Shown one piece after another: positions 19,125 to 29,037 of a stretch of DNA of 64,000 bases. The notes beneath the pieces are model-generated. The model saw only the letters and a list, made by a program, of their open reading frames with translations, was not told where the DNA came from and made no database searches. Both the position numbers and the translations under genes were made by a program. The stretch comes from an uncultured virus (IMG/VR IMGVR_UViG_2684623188_000002) (Duplodnaviria; Heunggongvirae; Uroviricota; Caudoviricetes), in IMG/VR virus record IMGVR_UViG_2684623188_000002. One strand, 5' to 3'. Each line of letters opens with the position of its first letter. Positions within the stretch are counted from its first letter, which is position 1.

Positions 19125-19626
19125 TCCAAGTCTTCCATGTGTGATTTCAGGTTCCCATCTTACGAACATGCCCCTCCTTCGCAAACCTCTAGAGATGGTC
19201 TGAAGTAGTCGCGTATTTCTGGTCGACTTCAGCGTCCGCCGTTTTTTGAGAGTAGCCAATCGATCCAGAACACCCAATTCATCCGGTTTCTCTATGTTCT
19301 TAGCCGTCGCCGGCACCTCGCGGCGGCCATTCCCCTGCGGCCTGTCACTGAGGCTACACGTATTCTGAATGTACATCGTGCAACCCTGTATCGAGCCTTG
19401 GTACGTCCCCTGCTTAAGAGCTTTCGTCTTCAATGGTCTTAAGGCATACACCAAAATTTGTATAAACATGGAGCGGCGACTATGGGAAATCGAGAGTATC
19501 CGTCTCAAGCTTTTTCACGGATGGCCGATGCTTCTGGCAGGAAATAGACAGGTCGGGCTTCAGCCATAGACCCAGCGGACGATAAAAGCCTCAATGCATA
19601 GATGTGCCAAGGCTGGCACTAAGGAA

Positions 19627-20646
19627 ATGGCGATGGCAGTAAAACACGCACTCTGGGCAACCTTGCTGATAATTTCATGCCAGACGACCCTGGCCGCGGC
19701 TGACGAAGAATATGGTTCCTTCGGTGCACAAGTGAGCGATGGCAGTGAACTCAAACACTACAACGCGTTGCTCGATCAGTTAGGTCATCTTGCAAACTTC
19801 CAGAACCTCGCCGCAGTCCGGGCGGGCTCGCCGGTTGACAATCACGCGTTTCTATCCCAACTCAGCGACATCTATGTTCAGATCGTAAAAGAGAATGGCG
19901 CCTCTTATATTCCTGAATACAAAACAGACACCTTGGCGTTGAAGAATATTGATAGTTTTCGAACTTACGCGCTGGAAAGCTCGCTGAAGTCCGCGTTCGA
20001 ACCCAGCAATGAAACCTGCGGCGCAGCTGTGGTCTTTCTTTACCCAACGCTGGTCGCCTCGACGCTGCAAGATCTAAAGCCCGAATATATCGAGCCCAAA
20101 TCAGCCCCGGCACGAATCGCAGCCTTGCACCAGGCAGCGCAGCAGGACTTGAGAAATGACCGAAACGTACTGGAGTTGATGTGCAATGCTACCCAGTTTC
20201 AACCGGCCCTGACGGGCGTTGACAGCTTCCTGAGACTGCTGCGTTCAGACAGTGGCAGTTTCTTGATGGCGATTGCCGCAAAGGAAAAGTTCCCGATTCC
20301 TCAACCAGTGTTAGCCCCAAAACCGAAGGAACCGTATCCTGGCTATTCCCTCCTGACTCAAGATGACCGCGATCGCTGTGCTTTGTATTCCAGATGGTAC
20401 TTTCACGCCGCATCCATGAGAGACCGTGGCGAATCGCCTGACCTTACTTACCGCAAATTGATCGAGTTGTCGAAACTGCCGAACTACAGCAATCCACCCG
20501 ATCTGGAGATGGTCACCAAGATGGTGTTCATGGCTTATCCAGGGGAAGCCCCCGCCATGATCACTGAAAAAACCAGGAATAGCTGCATGCAAACCCTCGC
20601 CAAGCACCGAGTCGAAAACAAACCTTTTGACTGGAACGCGGGCTAA
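19627..20646 (+). CDS. Secreted hypothetical protein, paralogue of 7346-8428
   Basis: Signal peptide ending TLA-A, TAAGGA SD, shared domain. Confidence 0.75.
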   Translation: MAMAVKHALWATLLIISCQTTLAAADEEYGSFGAQVSDGSELKHYNALLDQLGHLANFQNLAAVRAGSPVDNHAFLSQLSDIYVQIVKENGASYIPEYKTDTLALKNIDSFRTYALESSLKSAFEPSNETCGAAVVFLYPTLVASTLQDLKPEYIEPKSAPARIAALHQAAQQDLRNDRNVLELMCNATQFQPALTGVDSFLRLLRSDSGSFLMAIAAKEKFPIPQPVLAPKPKEPYPGYSLLTQDDRDRCALYSRWYFHAASMRDRGESPDLTYRKLIELSKLPNYSNPPDLEMVTKMVFMAYPGEAPAMITEKTRNSCMQTLAKHRVENKPFDWNAG

Positions 20647-20718
20647 CCACAGTGGTTAGTGGCTGGGTTATCGGGCACAAGGCCTGTGACAACATCCAGC
20701 ATGTATTGAGCCCCCCCC

Positions 20719-20753
20719 AGAAACGACAAAGCCCAGCACTAGACTGGGCTTTT
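20719..20753. terminator. Bidirectional terminator, repeat copy 2
   Basis: Same hairpin as 18734-18768, between convergent genes. Confidence 0.8.
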
Positions 20754-20772
20754 TCACGTCTGATCAAGTCAG

Positions 20773-21042
20773 CTACTTCTGAACAGGTTCTGTATGGAAG
20801 GCGGTATATGGCAGAAATAACGTATCGGCGACCATGCTGAATGGTAGATCAATCACTGCCAGCGGTACCAGGGCGCGCAAGGCTCCAGCGCTTTCGTCCG
20901 TTGCGGCCTTGATCAGCTCAATATCAGTGGAAGATCCGCAATAGGGGTGAGCGCCGCAGCGTGGGCGATCACCAAAGGTTTCGGAAAAAGTCGAACACCC
21001 CGCCAACATCGCAACCGCCAAAGCGCCTACGAACAATTTCAT
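20773..21042 (-). CDS. Moron lipoprotein 2, YceK/YidQ-like
   Basis: MKLFVGALAVAMLAGC; DLPFSMVADTLFLPY. Confidence 0.85.
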   Translation of the reverse strand: MKLFVGALAVAMLAGCSTFSETFGDRPRCGAHPYCGSSTDIELIKAATDESAGALRALVPLAVIDLPFSMVADTLFLPYTAFHTEPVQK

Positions 21043-21128
21043 GTCGTTCCCTTATTGAGATTTGGCGCAACTTTATCACCATCGAGGAATCGGCACGAAA
21101 AACCCCGCGGGTGACCTCCAGAGGAAGC

Positions 21129-21470
21129 TTACCTCTGATCAATTTCGATCTTCTGGGTAGGATCGGCACTGTATTTTTGGCGCTTCAGCTGCGGATCACC
21201 TTTAGCCAGGCAGAAGAAATAGATCTCGGCCTCGCCACATCCGCCATGCAACGCGCACTCGCTAGCCTGCATGTGGTCGAGTAGGATTTCCCGACCTTGG
21301 GATTCACAAAATACGTTCGCCTCTTTCAGGGCTTGGCCTTTTGCAGACGCAGGACCACCGAAAGGAACACGTGTAGAAATTGTGTAGGTGTCCGGCCCTA
21401 CTTTTATTGGGCCACTATCCGTACACCCAGAAAGCAGCGCCAGAGCCAACGCTCCTACGAAAAGTTTCAT
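21129..21470 (-). CDS. Moron lipoprotein 3
   Basis: MKLFVGALALALLSGC; AAGGAG SD; GPDTY..A...C motif. Confidence 0.85.
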   Translation of the reverse strand: MKLFVGALALALLSGCTDSGPIKVGPDTYTISTRVPFGGPASAKGQALKEANVFCESQGREILLDHMQASECALHGGCGEAEIYFFCLAKGDPQLKRQKYSADPTQKIEIDQR

Positions 21471-21563
21471 GCAGGTCACTCCTTTGGAAAGGATGCAAGG
21501 TATCACTGGGGGTCGCACAAACGAAAAAGCCCAGCGGATGGCTGGGCTCTATACGCTTCGCCA

Positions 21564-21752
21564 CTACAGAGAGCGAAGCTCAGTGAACGCCCGAGCAATA
21601 CAGTATGGAATCACTGCGCAGGTCAGTCCCATCGCAGCCGCAGCTGCCTCCTGAGGAGCACTTTTCGCCAATATCATCCCGCCGAAACCAACAACCGCAC
21701 CGATCAATGACATGAACACGGTGACAATCCACATGAATTTGGCCAATTTCAT
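21564..21752 (-). CDS. Small two-TM membrane protein
   Basis: SAPQEAAAAA...IPYC; TAAGGGA SD. Confidence 0.7.
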   Translation of the reverse strand: MKLAKFMWIVTVFMSLIGAVVGFGGMILAKSAPQEAAAAAMGLTCAVIPYCIARAFTELRSL

Positions 21753-22041
21753 TCCCTTAATTACGTGACTGATAGCTCGCCTGCACATGAGAGTCGAGCT
21801 GGCAGCGCGCTCGAATCTACAGTGGCTCTTAGATAGGAGTCAATTCGCCATCACGACCTTACGACATCACAACGCAAGCATTCCTTCCTGTCCATCCCGC
21901 CTGTACGAATCCCCAGTAACGCCCCGACAATCTCCGTAGTTAGCCTCCCGCTTTCACGCAACGGATACCCCAGTCCTTTGCCTGCAAGCCCATGGACTGG
22001 GATTGCGCCAATTTCGGCGCGGATAACGCAAGGAAAGTGAA

Positions 22042-22280
22042 ATGAGCGAAGTTAAAACAGCTGAGCAGCGCTTGTGCGAGCTTGAAATCGTCGTCAGACC
22101 TTGATTCTCTTCAACCAAAACGCCATCGCCACTGTTAGCCGGTGAGTCACCCAAGGCAATCCAGCCATTGCAGATGCTCTTATCCGCGACCTGGCGGATC
22201 TGAAGGCTCGCAGCTATAGCGGCATCGACAAAGGCCTACATGACCAATATGTTGACAGTCTTATAGTTGGGGTTAGCTGA
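22042..22280 (+). pseudogene. Disrupted small moron gene
   Basis: MSEVKTAEQRLCELEIV continues after a 1-nt shift as QTLILFNQNAIATVSR*VTQGNPAIADALIRDL...GVS*. Confidence 0.55.
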
Positions 22281-22462
22281 TCACCCCAAATCCAGCAGCG
22301 TAAAGCCGGCCACTGCGCTCGCATTTTTTCATGATGACGCGCCAGCAGCCTGCCAGATTCTGCTTGGAAACTTCGGTCCGTCCATTCTCTTGGGCGGTAC
22401 CGCTTGTACTTCCAACATCCTCAATTTGCTTCTTCATATTCTTCTCCCGCGACCCTGCCGCA

Positions 22463-23227
22463 TTATGTGGTTGATTGTGCATCTTTGTGCCTGAGGATCA
22501 GGCGTGTTCGGTCCAGCCATGGGCCGCCGAAGACGATGATCTCGCTCGGGCGGCCGTATAGGTGGTGCAGTAGGAAAGGACCAGGTCCGAAGGTCGCGGC
22601 GTCCTCGCCAGGCAATGCCGGATCGGCGCCGAGGAATATCCCGGCGTGGTTCGGGTGCACTGTCCGCCCTACTTCCATAACGACCATGTCGCCGCGCTGC
22701 GGCTGATCGACTCGGTAGAACCCAGCCGCCTCGTAGTTCGATTCGTACAGGCTGGCGTTGGCGTTGCTCTCCCACCATCCGTCATCGCGCTTGAAGGCTT
22801 CAAACTCCAGTCCCCACTCGCGCTTGTACCAATCCGCACAGACCTGCCAGCAGTCCCAGGCACCGTGCACGAACGGACGCTTAAGCAACGGCGCTTCACC
22901 TGTAGGCATGACAGTGCGTAAGTCGCACTCCGGCCAGCTGAGGATGTGCCAGGGCAAAGCCGTGGCCTCACACATGGCCAGGTCGCGCGGTGACGGTCTG
23001 CTGGTGGCGTCCGGGTGCGAATGAACTACACCAATCACTTCACCGATGTCCTCGGCTGCCGCGTACTCCTCCGGGTCAATCCGGAACTCCTCATTGGGCT
23101 CGCTGGCGATGTTTTGGCATGGGTAATACTGCTGTTTTCGGCCAATGCCCAGCAGCAGCCCGCAGCACTCTTTCGGGTACTCGGCTGCCGCATGAGCCTG
23201 TATCGCACTCAAGATGTGTTTGCGCAT
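22463..23227 (-). CDS. Tail tip protein gpK-like (JAB/MPN + NlpC/P60)
   Basis: YPKECCG, HSHPD, DCW, NHAGIFLG, LHH. Confidence 0.92.
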   Translation of the reverse strand: MRKHILSAIQAHAAAEYPKECCGLLLGIGRKQQYYPCQNIASEPNEEFRIDPEEYAAAEDIGEVIGVVHSHPDATSRPSPRDLAMCEATALPWHILSWPECDLRTVMPTGEAPLLKRPFVHGAWDCWQVCADWYKREWGLEFEAFKRDDGWWESNANASLYESNYEAAGFYRVDQPQRGDMVVMEVGRTVHPNHAGIFLGADPALPGEDAATFGPGPFLLHHLYGRPSEIIVFGGPWLDRTRLILRHKDAQSTT

Positions 23228-23229
23228 GG

Positions 23230-23979
23230 TCAGCTCCTGGCAATGAGGGAAACCGCAGGGAAGCCCCCGAACGGGTAGGGATTCCCTTCGCCGAAGCGAG
23301 GAATACAGCCCCGACCCAGCGTTGCATCACACTCATCCAGTTCAGGGTTATCGGTTTGCACGCCATCCTTCGTGAAGTAAGGGCCGGTGTAGCCGCAGTT
23401 CGGCCCGCGGTAACCACCAGTAAGGCACCAGTGGCACAGCGTGGTCGCCTGCCTGCCTATTGATTCTCCGCCGACATCGCCGGGGCTGGCCAGCTCCCAA
23501 CTGACCGTCTCCCCGTCCTCGTTCGTCTTCTGGTCGATATACCAGACTTCGATCGTCTCCTGGGTTGGGTCTGCCGTCGGGTTGCCGGCCGGGAAGTTCT
23601 GCGCGTCCAGGTACGTGCCCAACGTGTGACGCATCGTCAGCTTGAACTCGAGTAGATCGTCGAACGCCAGACACAACGCCGTGATCCGGCCATTAACGTT
23701 GCCGACCGACAAAGTGGGCCGCACCGCAGTGCCGTCGCCGTTCGCCTCGATGCCATCGATCTGCATTGGCCAGGCACCGTACTCGTTGCCCTGCCACCAG
23801 ATGGCTTTGGCTGGCAACAGATCCGCATCGGCGCCGGCGGCAATGATCTCTGCAGGTGTGTGCGGTATCGAGTGTCCGTGAAAGCGCAAAACATCTGCGC
23901 CGTAGTCCGAGCCGTCCAATTCAAAGAGCAGCACTTCGCTGCCGGGCTCTAGAACCTGAATGTCACTGATCAGCGGCAT
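23230..23979 (-). CDS. Minor tail protein gpL-like
   Basis: ELASP, C.W...YRG.NCGY, FGGFP. Confidence 0.92.
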   Translation of the reverse strand: MPLISDIQVLEPGSEVLLFELDGSDYGADVLRFHGHSIPHTPAEIIAAGADADLLPAKAIWWQGNEYGAWPMQIDGIEANGDGTAVRPTLSVGNVNGRITALCLAFDDLLEFKLTMRHTLGTYLDAQNFPAGNPTADPTQETIEVWYIDQKTNEDGETVSWELASPGDVGGESIGRQATTLCHWCLTGGYRGPNCGYTGPYFTKDGVQTDNPELDECDATLGRGCIPRFGEGNPYPFGGFPAVSLIARS

Positions 23980-23988
23980 AGTTGCCCC

Positions 23989-24327
23989 TTATGGTTGAAA
24001 AGCACGGTCAAAGGTAGCCGTGAGCTTAAAAACGCCGCCGCCCATTGGAGTGGGTGCGGGGTTCTTGCAGGTGAACAGACCAAGCTGTCCGAGAGGCGTT
24101 GTCCAGAGAAACGCCTTCGCCCCAGCGTGCCGGTCAAAGAACGCCATGATTTCCAGTACTTTGGCTTTTTGGCCGCTGTAGGTGATTGGGTAGGAGTCCT
24201 CTTTATTGTTCGGTCCATCGCCAATCTGCTGTTTGTAGCCGTCGCCAAACTGCGCGGTGCGCACCCGATACGTGATCTCGGGTGAACCACCGCGCTCGGT
24301 TGGCCATGTGAATGTCTCGATCGCCAT
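23989..24327 (-). CDS. Minor tail protein gpM-like
   Basis: ETFTW, QFGDGY.Q, AFLWTTP. Confidence 0.9.
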   Translation of the reverse strand: MAIETFTWPTERGGSPEITYRVRTAQFGDGYKQQIGDGPNNKEDSYPITYSGQKAKVLEIMAFFDRHAGAKAFLWTTPLGQLGLFTCKNPAPTPMGGGVFKLTATFDRAFQP

Positions 24328-27300
24328 CAACCCCTCCCATTTGTCAGGCGCCAGATCGAGCCGCCAGGTTGCAGTGCTCTGGCGATTGCTGTTTCAGCCT
24401 CGACTTTTGCGGCCTGCTGAATACCTTTGCCGAACTGATTGGATGCTTCTTGAGAGGCTGTGCCGCCCGCTTCGCCAGACGTCTGTACCGAAACAGCAAC
24501 TGGGAAGTTGTAAGTATTGCCACCATTGCCGCCGCCCATTGCTGCGATGCCTGGCCTACCACCGGTAGTCAGCGGCGTGACACTACCGCCTTGGGCGCCG
24601 GTCATCAGATACGAGCGCCCTCCCTGACTGAACAGCTCCGGCCCCTTTTCGTTCACCTCATACAAAGTGTTGGGATCAACGCCGCCACCCGAGGCACGGC
24701 CGCCGCCGAAGGTCACCGAGGCGGAGCTCGCATCAAACTGACTGCCGAAGCTCTGCGCGCCAGCTTCAGCGCCACCGGCCGTTGCAGCACCTGTTGCTCC
24801 GGTACCGCTGCCGGTGAAATAACTGATGCCAGCGCCGACCAAACTGCTCAGCAGTGCGGAGCTGGCCTGCCGCGTCGCAATCCGCGCCATGTCCGCCAAA
24901 ATCGACTTGGTGAAGTCGGCGAACGACAGCTTCCCGGTCATGGCGAAGTTGACGACCGCGTCTTCCATCGAGCTGAAGGCGTTGCCGAACAGACTTTTGG
25001 TCTGGCCGGCGACGTTCTGCGCCGAATCCAGGTAGTTGGCCCAGGCTGATGTTGCGCCCTTCGTCCAATCCCCCTGCGCCGCTTCGACATCGACATAGTT
25101 CTGCCGGATCTGGTCGGTCGCTGCCTTGTTCGCGTCTGCGAGGGCTTGGGATTTGCGAGTGAACTCTTCGTCGGACATGTTGCGTGACGGGTCTGAGCGC
25201 TGGTTTTCCAGCTCCAGAGACTGCTGAGCGAAACGGTCTTGCTGGCTGTTCAGTTCGCCGCTGAGTGCGTTCTGCCGATCGCCTTGACCAACGCCGATAA
25301 CCGCTCGCCGCCCGGCCAGCTCCAGCGCCTTCTGTTGCTGACTCAGCGCCTGAGCGTATGAAGTGATAGCGCGCTCTTGCTTGGCCAGTCGGCCGGTTTC
25401 GTTTGTTGCGAGCACTTCAAGCTGGCTGTCGGCATCTTTCTGCGCCTTGACCATTGCGGTGCGTGCATCGGCGATCTTCTGGTCGAGCTGGATGCGTTGC
25501 GCTGCCGTGGTGCTGGACTTGCCCTTTGTTGCCTCGAGCGCAGCAATCTCGGCCTGGTAGCTCTGCTCAACCTCAACGGCTTGCTGCTTGATTAGGCTGA
25601 CGCGCTGTTCGGTGTAGCTGGCTTGCGAGATCACGCCGGCGCGCTGCGACGCTTCGAGTTCCTTTTCGGCATTTTTGTAGTAGCTCAGCGTTTCAGCGAG
25701 GGCGTTCTTCGAGTTGTTGAAGCCGGTCAGGTCGACAGCGCCAGATGCAGACTTGGGGTCCTTGTACTTGTCATTGATCGCGGACTTTTGCAGATCAATG
25801 CTCGCTTGGGTAAGGCGACTGTTTGCCGGATCGGACTTTCGAAGAGCGGCAATCTCCCTTTCCAGATCCTCAAGCTCATCCTTGCGCTTATCTGCGTTGG
25901 ACCTGTTGGACTTTTTCCGGGCATCAAGCTTGTCGATAGCCTTCTGACCAGCCAGTTCCGCATCGTCTCGCTCTTTCAGTTTCTTTGCGTAGTCGGTCTC
26001 GGCGGCGTCCTTTACCTCCAGCCCCTTGATGTAATCCTTGAGGCTTTGTTTCCCCTTCTCACCAATATAGACAGGGTCCTCGCCGGGTATCCTTTCACTG
26101 CCCCCACGCGTTTCAAGCCGCTCAAGCGCTTCTTTAGCTGTTTGAATGCGCTCCGCATTGGTTTGAGCGCGTCCAGCGTTTTTAAGACCATCTGCGGCCT
26201 TGGCGACGAGGTTGTAACCTTTTTCCCAGAGACTGAGGTTCTCCAGGATTTTAGGAGTCCGATCGTTGATGGCATCGGCGTACTGATTGGTCGCCAGCTT
26301 TACTGCTTCCGCATGCTTACCCTGCTCCTCCAAGGCCACGATCTGCGAGTAAACCGATGCAGTCAGGTAGTGATACTCAGCGTTCAGCGCTGCGGATGCC
26401 TTGACCGGTTCATCGGACAGCTTTACGAACTCAGCGATCGTCTCGCCAACGGCCTTGCCGGTGGCTTCCTGCATAGAGACGGCAGCCTGAGTGATCCCCA
26501 GAAAGCTCTCGCCTGCAATCTTTCCATTGCCGGCCAGCGTTGCCAGAACCTCAGCGGCCTGCCCCGTTGTCCCGACCGTATCACTCACTTGGCGAGCCAT
26601 GACGCCAAGCTGGGACGAGGTGAATCCCGCCGATCCGCCAGTCAGGATTAGAGACTTATTAAACGCATCCTGCTCTTCGCTGCCCTTGTAATAGGCATAC
26701 CCAAGACCACCCACCGCCGCAGTTGCCAGAGCAAGCGGAGCGAGAGTTGCCAGAAGCCCTGCTGCCGATGCGCCGGCGCCCGCACCGAGCTGAGCGACAG
26801 CGCGAACGCCGCTCCCCCAGTCACCGGACGACAACGCGTTCCCCAGCTGCACAACGTTTTCCTGAGCCTGGCGGGTGCCGAGCTTCAGTTTGTCGAATGC
26901 AGTTTCTGTGGCGGTGAGCGAAGAGCGGTCCTTGCCGATCTTCGCCAGCGCCTCGTTATAGCGATTCGCGTCGACCACGCCAGCCTTGTGTGCAGCCTCC
27001 AGCGCCTTTTCCTGCGCCTCGAGCTTGGCCAGCTTCGCAGTAACAGGATCGATGCTGTTGACCGTGCGTTTCAACGCCTCGATCTGGCGATTTTCCGCGT
27101 CGATCAGGCGCTGTTTCTGTGCCGTTTCCTTGGCCTCGGCCTTTTCGATCTTGTCATAGGCCTTGCCCAACTGATCCTGATAGCGAGCCTGCTCCTCGAT
27201 GGTAACCAGGCCGCCTTTACGCGCGCGCTCCAGCAGTCCTTCAGCCTGAATCAGCTGTTCAATGCTGTCGAGGTTGCCCGTCATCGCCTTATCGAGACGG

Positions 27301-27584
27301 CTGATGATCGCGATTTCGCTGGTTGCGCTTTCGGTAGCCTTGCGGGTCGCGCCGGCCTGCCGCTCCCGCGCACCAGTGGTTTTGTCGATGCCCTGCACGA
27401 CCTCTGTCTCGGTCTGAACGATCTTCTTGCCGGTGTTGGCCAGGCCGTCACCGGTCTTGCCGAGATCGTCGATCGCTTTCCCGGCGTCCTCAGCCGCATC
27501 GACCAGCTTGTCCAGATCATCAGCAGCTTTGACGGCTTGCGACGACTCAACTGCAATACCCAGCGATGCAAAGGTGGTGCTCAT
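24327..27584 (-). CDS. Tape measure protein
   Basis: 1085-aa Ala-rich helical protein with lambda-type C-terminal region; position. Confidence 0.93.
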   Translation of the reverse strand: MSTTFASLGIAVESSQAVKAADDLDKLVDAAEDAGKAIDDLGKTGDGLANTGKKIVQTETEVVQGIDKTTGARERQAGATRKATESATSEIAIISRLDKAMTGNLDSIEQLIQAEGLLERARKGGLVTIEEQARYQDQLGKAYDKIEKAEAKETAQKQRLIDAENRQIEALKRTVNSIDPVTAKLAKLEAQEKALEAAHKAGVVDANRYNEALAKIGKDRSSLTATETAFDKLKLGTRQAQENVVQLGNALSSGDWGSGVRAVAQLGAGAGASAAGLLATLAPLALATAAVGGLGYAYYKGSEEQDAFNKSLILTGGSAGFTSSQLGVMARQVSDTVGTTGQAAEVLATLAGNGKIAGESFLGITQAAVSMQEATGKAVGETIAEFVKLSDEPVKASAALNAEYHYLTASVYSQIVALEEQGKHAEAVKLATNQYADAINDRTPKILENLSLWEKGYNLVAKAADGLKNAGRAQTNAERIQTAKEALERLETRGGSERIPGEDPVYIGEKGKQSLKDYIKGLEVKDAAETDYAKKLKERDDAELAGQKAIDKLDARKKSNRSNADKRKDELEDLEREIAALRKSDPANSRLTQASIDLQKSAINDKYKDPKSASGAVDLTGFNNSKNALAETLSYYKNAEKELEASQRAGVISQASYTEQRVSLIKQQAVEVEQSYQAEIAALEATKGKSSTTAAQRIQLDQKIADARTAMVKAQKDADSQLEVLATNETGRLAKQERAITSYAQALSQQQKALELAGRRAVIGVGQGDRQNALSGELNSQQDRFAQQSLELENQRSDPSRNMSDEEFTRKSQALADANKAATDQIRQNYVDVEAAQGDWTKGATSAWANYLDSAQNVAGQTKSLFGNAFSSMEDAVVNFAMTGKLSFADFTKSILADMARIATRQASSALLSSLVGAGISYFTGSGTGATGAATAGGAEAGAQSFGSQFDASSASVTFGGGRASGGGVDPNTLYEVNEKGPELFSQGGRSYLMTGAQGGSVTPLTTGGRPGIAAMGGGNGGNTYNFPVAVSVQTSGEAGGTASQEASNQFGKGIQQAAKVEAETAIARALQPGGSIWRLTNGRG

Positions 27585-27910
27585 TTGTGCTCTCTCTGTT
27601 CCGCCATCACCTGCAGGGCTTCAGCTTCCATATGACGGATATCGCTGAAGATGCTTTGCCGCTCACCGAGAGGCACGCCACACATTCGAATCACGTTGGG
27701 CAGAACGCCGTAGTCCAATCCTGTTGCGCCACACGCGCCTGTACGCCACTGAGTGCTCATCGCCTCAAATACAGTGAACGCCGCCCAGTTGTCCGGCCAG
27801 ATATCGACTTGCTCGACCGGGATGTCATTGCGCGACATGCCGAACGCTGCCAAATCAGCATCTGACGGACCGGCCTCATACAGGGCGCGCGAAGCGCTTA
27901 GGAGTTTCCC
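27581..27910 (-). CDS. Tail chaperone gpT-like frameshift extension
   Basis: TQWR..G.TGLDY motif; reached by -1 shift at GGGAAAC. Confidence 0.8.
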   Translation of the reverse strand, partial: GKLLSASRALYEAGPSDADLAAFGMSRNDIPVEQVDIWPDNWAAFTVFEAMSTQWRTGACGATGLDYGVLPNVIRMCGVPLGERQSIFSDIRHMEAEALQVMAEQREHK

Positions 27911-28278
27911 AGGCGAGCCTGGCTGAACGCCTCTGAGTACGCCGATAACACTGCGCTGGGCGTAGAGGCGATCGAGCTGACCAGAATGCGGATGTTTTCG
28001 TCGGTGAGTTTCACGTCGAAGTCCCAACTGACGACCACTGCCTTGATTTGCTCGACCTGGATGTCGATTTGCGCTGCGGTGAACTCTTCGAGGCCCATTT
28101 CCTCGACTTTCAGGCCGAGCGCCTTGTTACGCTCACTCCATTCGGTATACAGCGCCGCCAGGTCAGTCCGGTCTCGATACTTGAACTCGAACGGCACCTT
28201 CACTGGATCACCGCCAACGCGCGGGATCATCACGTCAGCCTTGAAGGTTGGGTTTTGAATCAGCTTGAACTTGGCCAT
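27898..28278 (-). CDS. Tail assembly chaperone gpG-like
   Basis: Between tail tube and TMP; ends ARLGNS over slippery site. Confidence 0.85.
   Translation of the reverse strand: MAKFKLIQNPTFKADVMIPRVGGDPVKVPFEFKYRDRTDLAALYTEWSERNKALGLKVEEMGLEEFTAAQIDIQVEQIKAVVVSWDFDVKLTDENIRILVSSIASTPSAVLSAYSEAFSQARLGNS
27904..27910 (-). other. Programmed -1 frameshift site G GGA AAC
   Basis: X XXY YYZ in frame at gpG end; -1 frame open to 27581. Confidence 0.85.
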
Positions 28279-28281
28279 GGG

Positions 28282-28935
28282 TTACACCGCCGAGTAACGA
28301 GTTGGGCGGCCGGTCAGTGCAATGCTGATGACGCGGGTCATCAAGTTGTTACGCGACATGGTCGGGGTCGAGGTGATCGACACATAGCCGTTGTAGATAA
28401 TGCTGCTACCACCTGGGAGGTTCAGGCGCAGGACTCGCTCCTGTTTATCGTCGTCCGCAGCCTCGCAGACAGCGACATACGGTTTCGACGGATCATCAGC
28501 AACCGTAATGGCCAGCGTGACGGGGTTTTTGGTAGTTGGCATTTGACGATCATCATCGTCAGCCAGGAAGCCGAAGGTCAGGAACTGCTGATCACCGCCA
28601 CTCGAATTCAATTCGGTAACTTGCGAGATCTCGGTGAAGGAAGCGACTTCGCGCACCGAGCCAACGCCGGAGCCGGCTGGGTATTGCTGAACATTAGTGG
28701 TCTTGACGCCTCCCAGCGCGAAGGTGCCGCTGGCAATCTCGCCAACCTGCACAGCGCGACCGTCCAGCCGCGTCCAGCCGGAGCTGACAGCGATGATGTC
28801 GCCCTCCGCCAATCCGTGAGCCGCGGCCGTGGCCACCGCTGGGTTCGCGTTGGTCAGTGCAGTAAATGGGATCGCAGCGCCATAGGCGGAAGCAATTTCG
28901 AGCGTTGCGCCGTTAGGCATTTGAATGCCGGCCAT
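28282..28935 (-). CDS. Major tail tube protein
   Basis: PNGA, SGGDQQF, DDP; position. Confidence 0.88.
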   Translation of the reverse strand: MAGIQMPNGATLEIASAYGAAIPFTALTNANPAVATAAAHGLAEGDIIAVSSGWTRLDGRAVQVGEIASGTFALGGVKTTNVQQYPAGSGVGSVREVASFTEISQVTELNSSGGDQQFLTFGFLADDDDRQMPTTKNPVTLAITVADDPSKPYVAVCEAADDDKQERVLRLNLPGGSSIIYNGYVSITSTPTMSRNNLMTRVISIALTGRPTRYSAV

Positions 28936-29037
28936 GGGTTTTTCCTTTTTTCAGAAATGAAAAAACCCGCTCAGTGGCGGGTTCATTGGTAATCGATTGA
29001 AATGGTGGGTGGATAATCCAGGCGTTTCGGCTTGGCT

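Noticed and set aside
19125..19508. N-terminal extension of the NIPSNAP ORF to 242 aa
   Set aside because: Extension is not protein-like; domain starts at 19124
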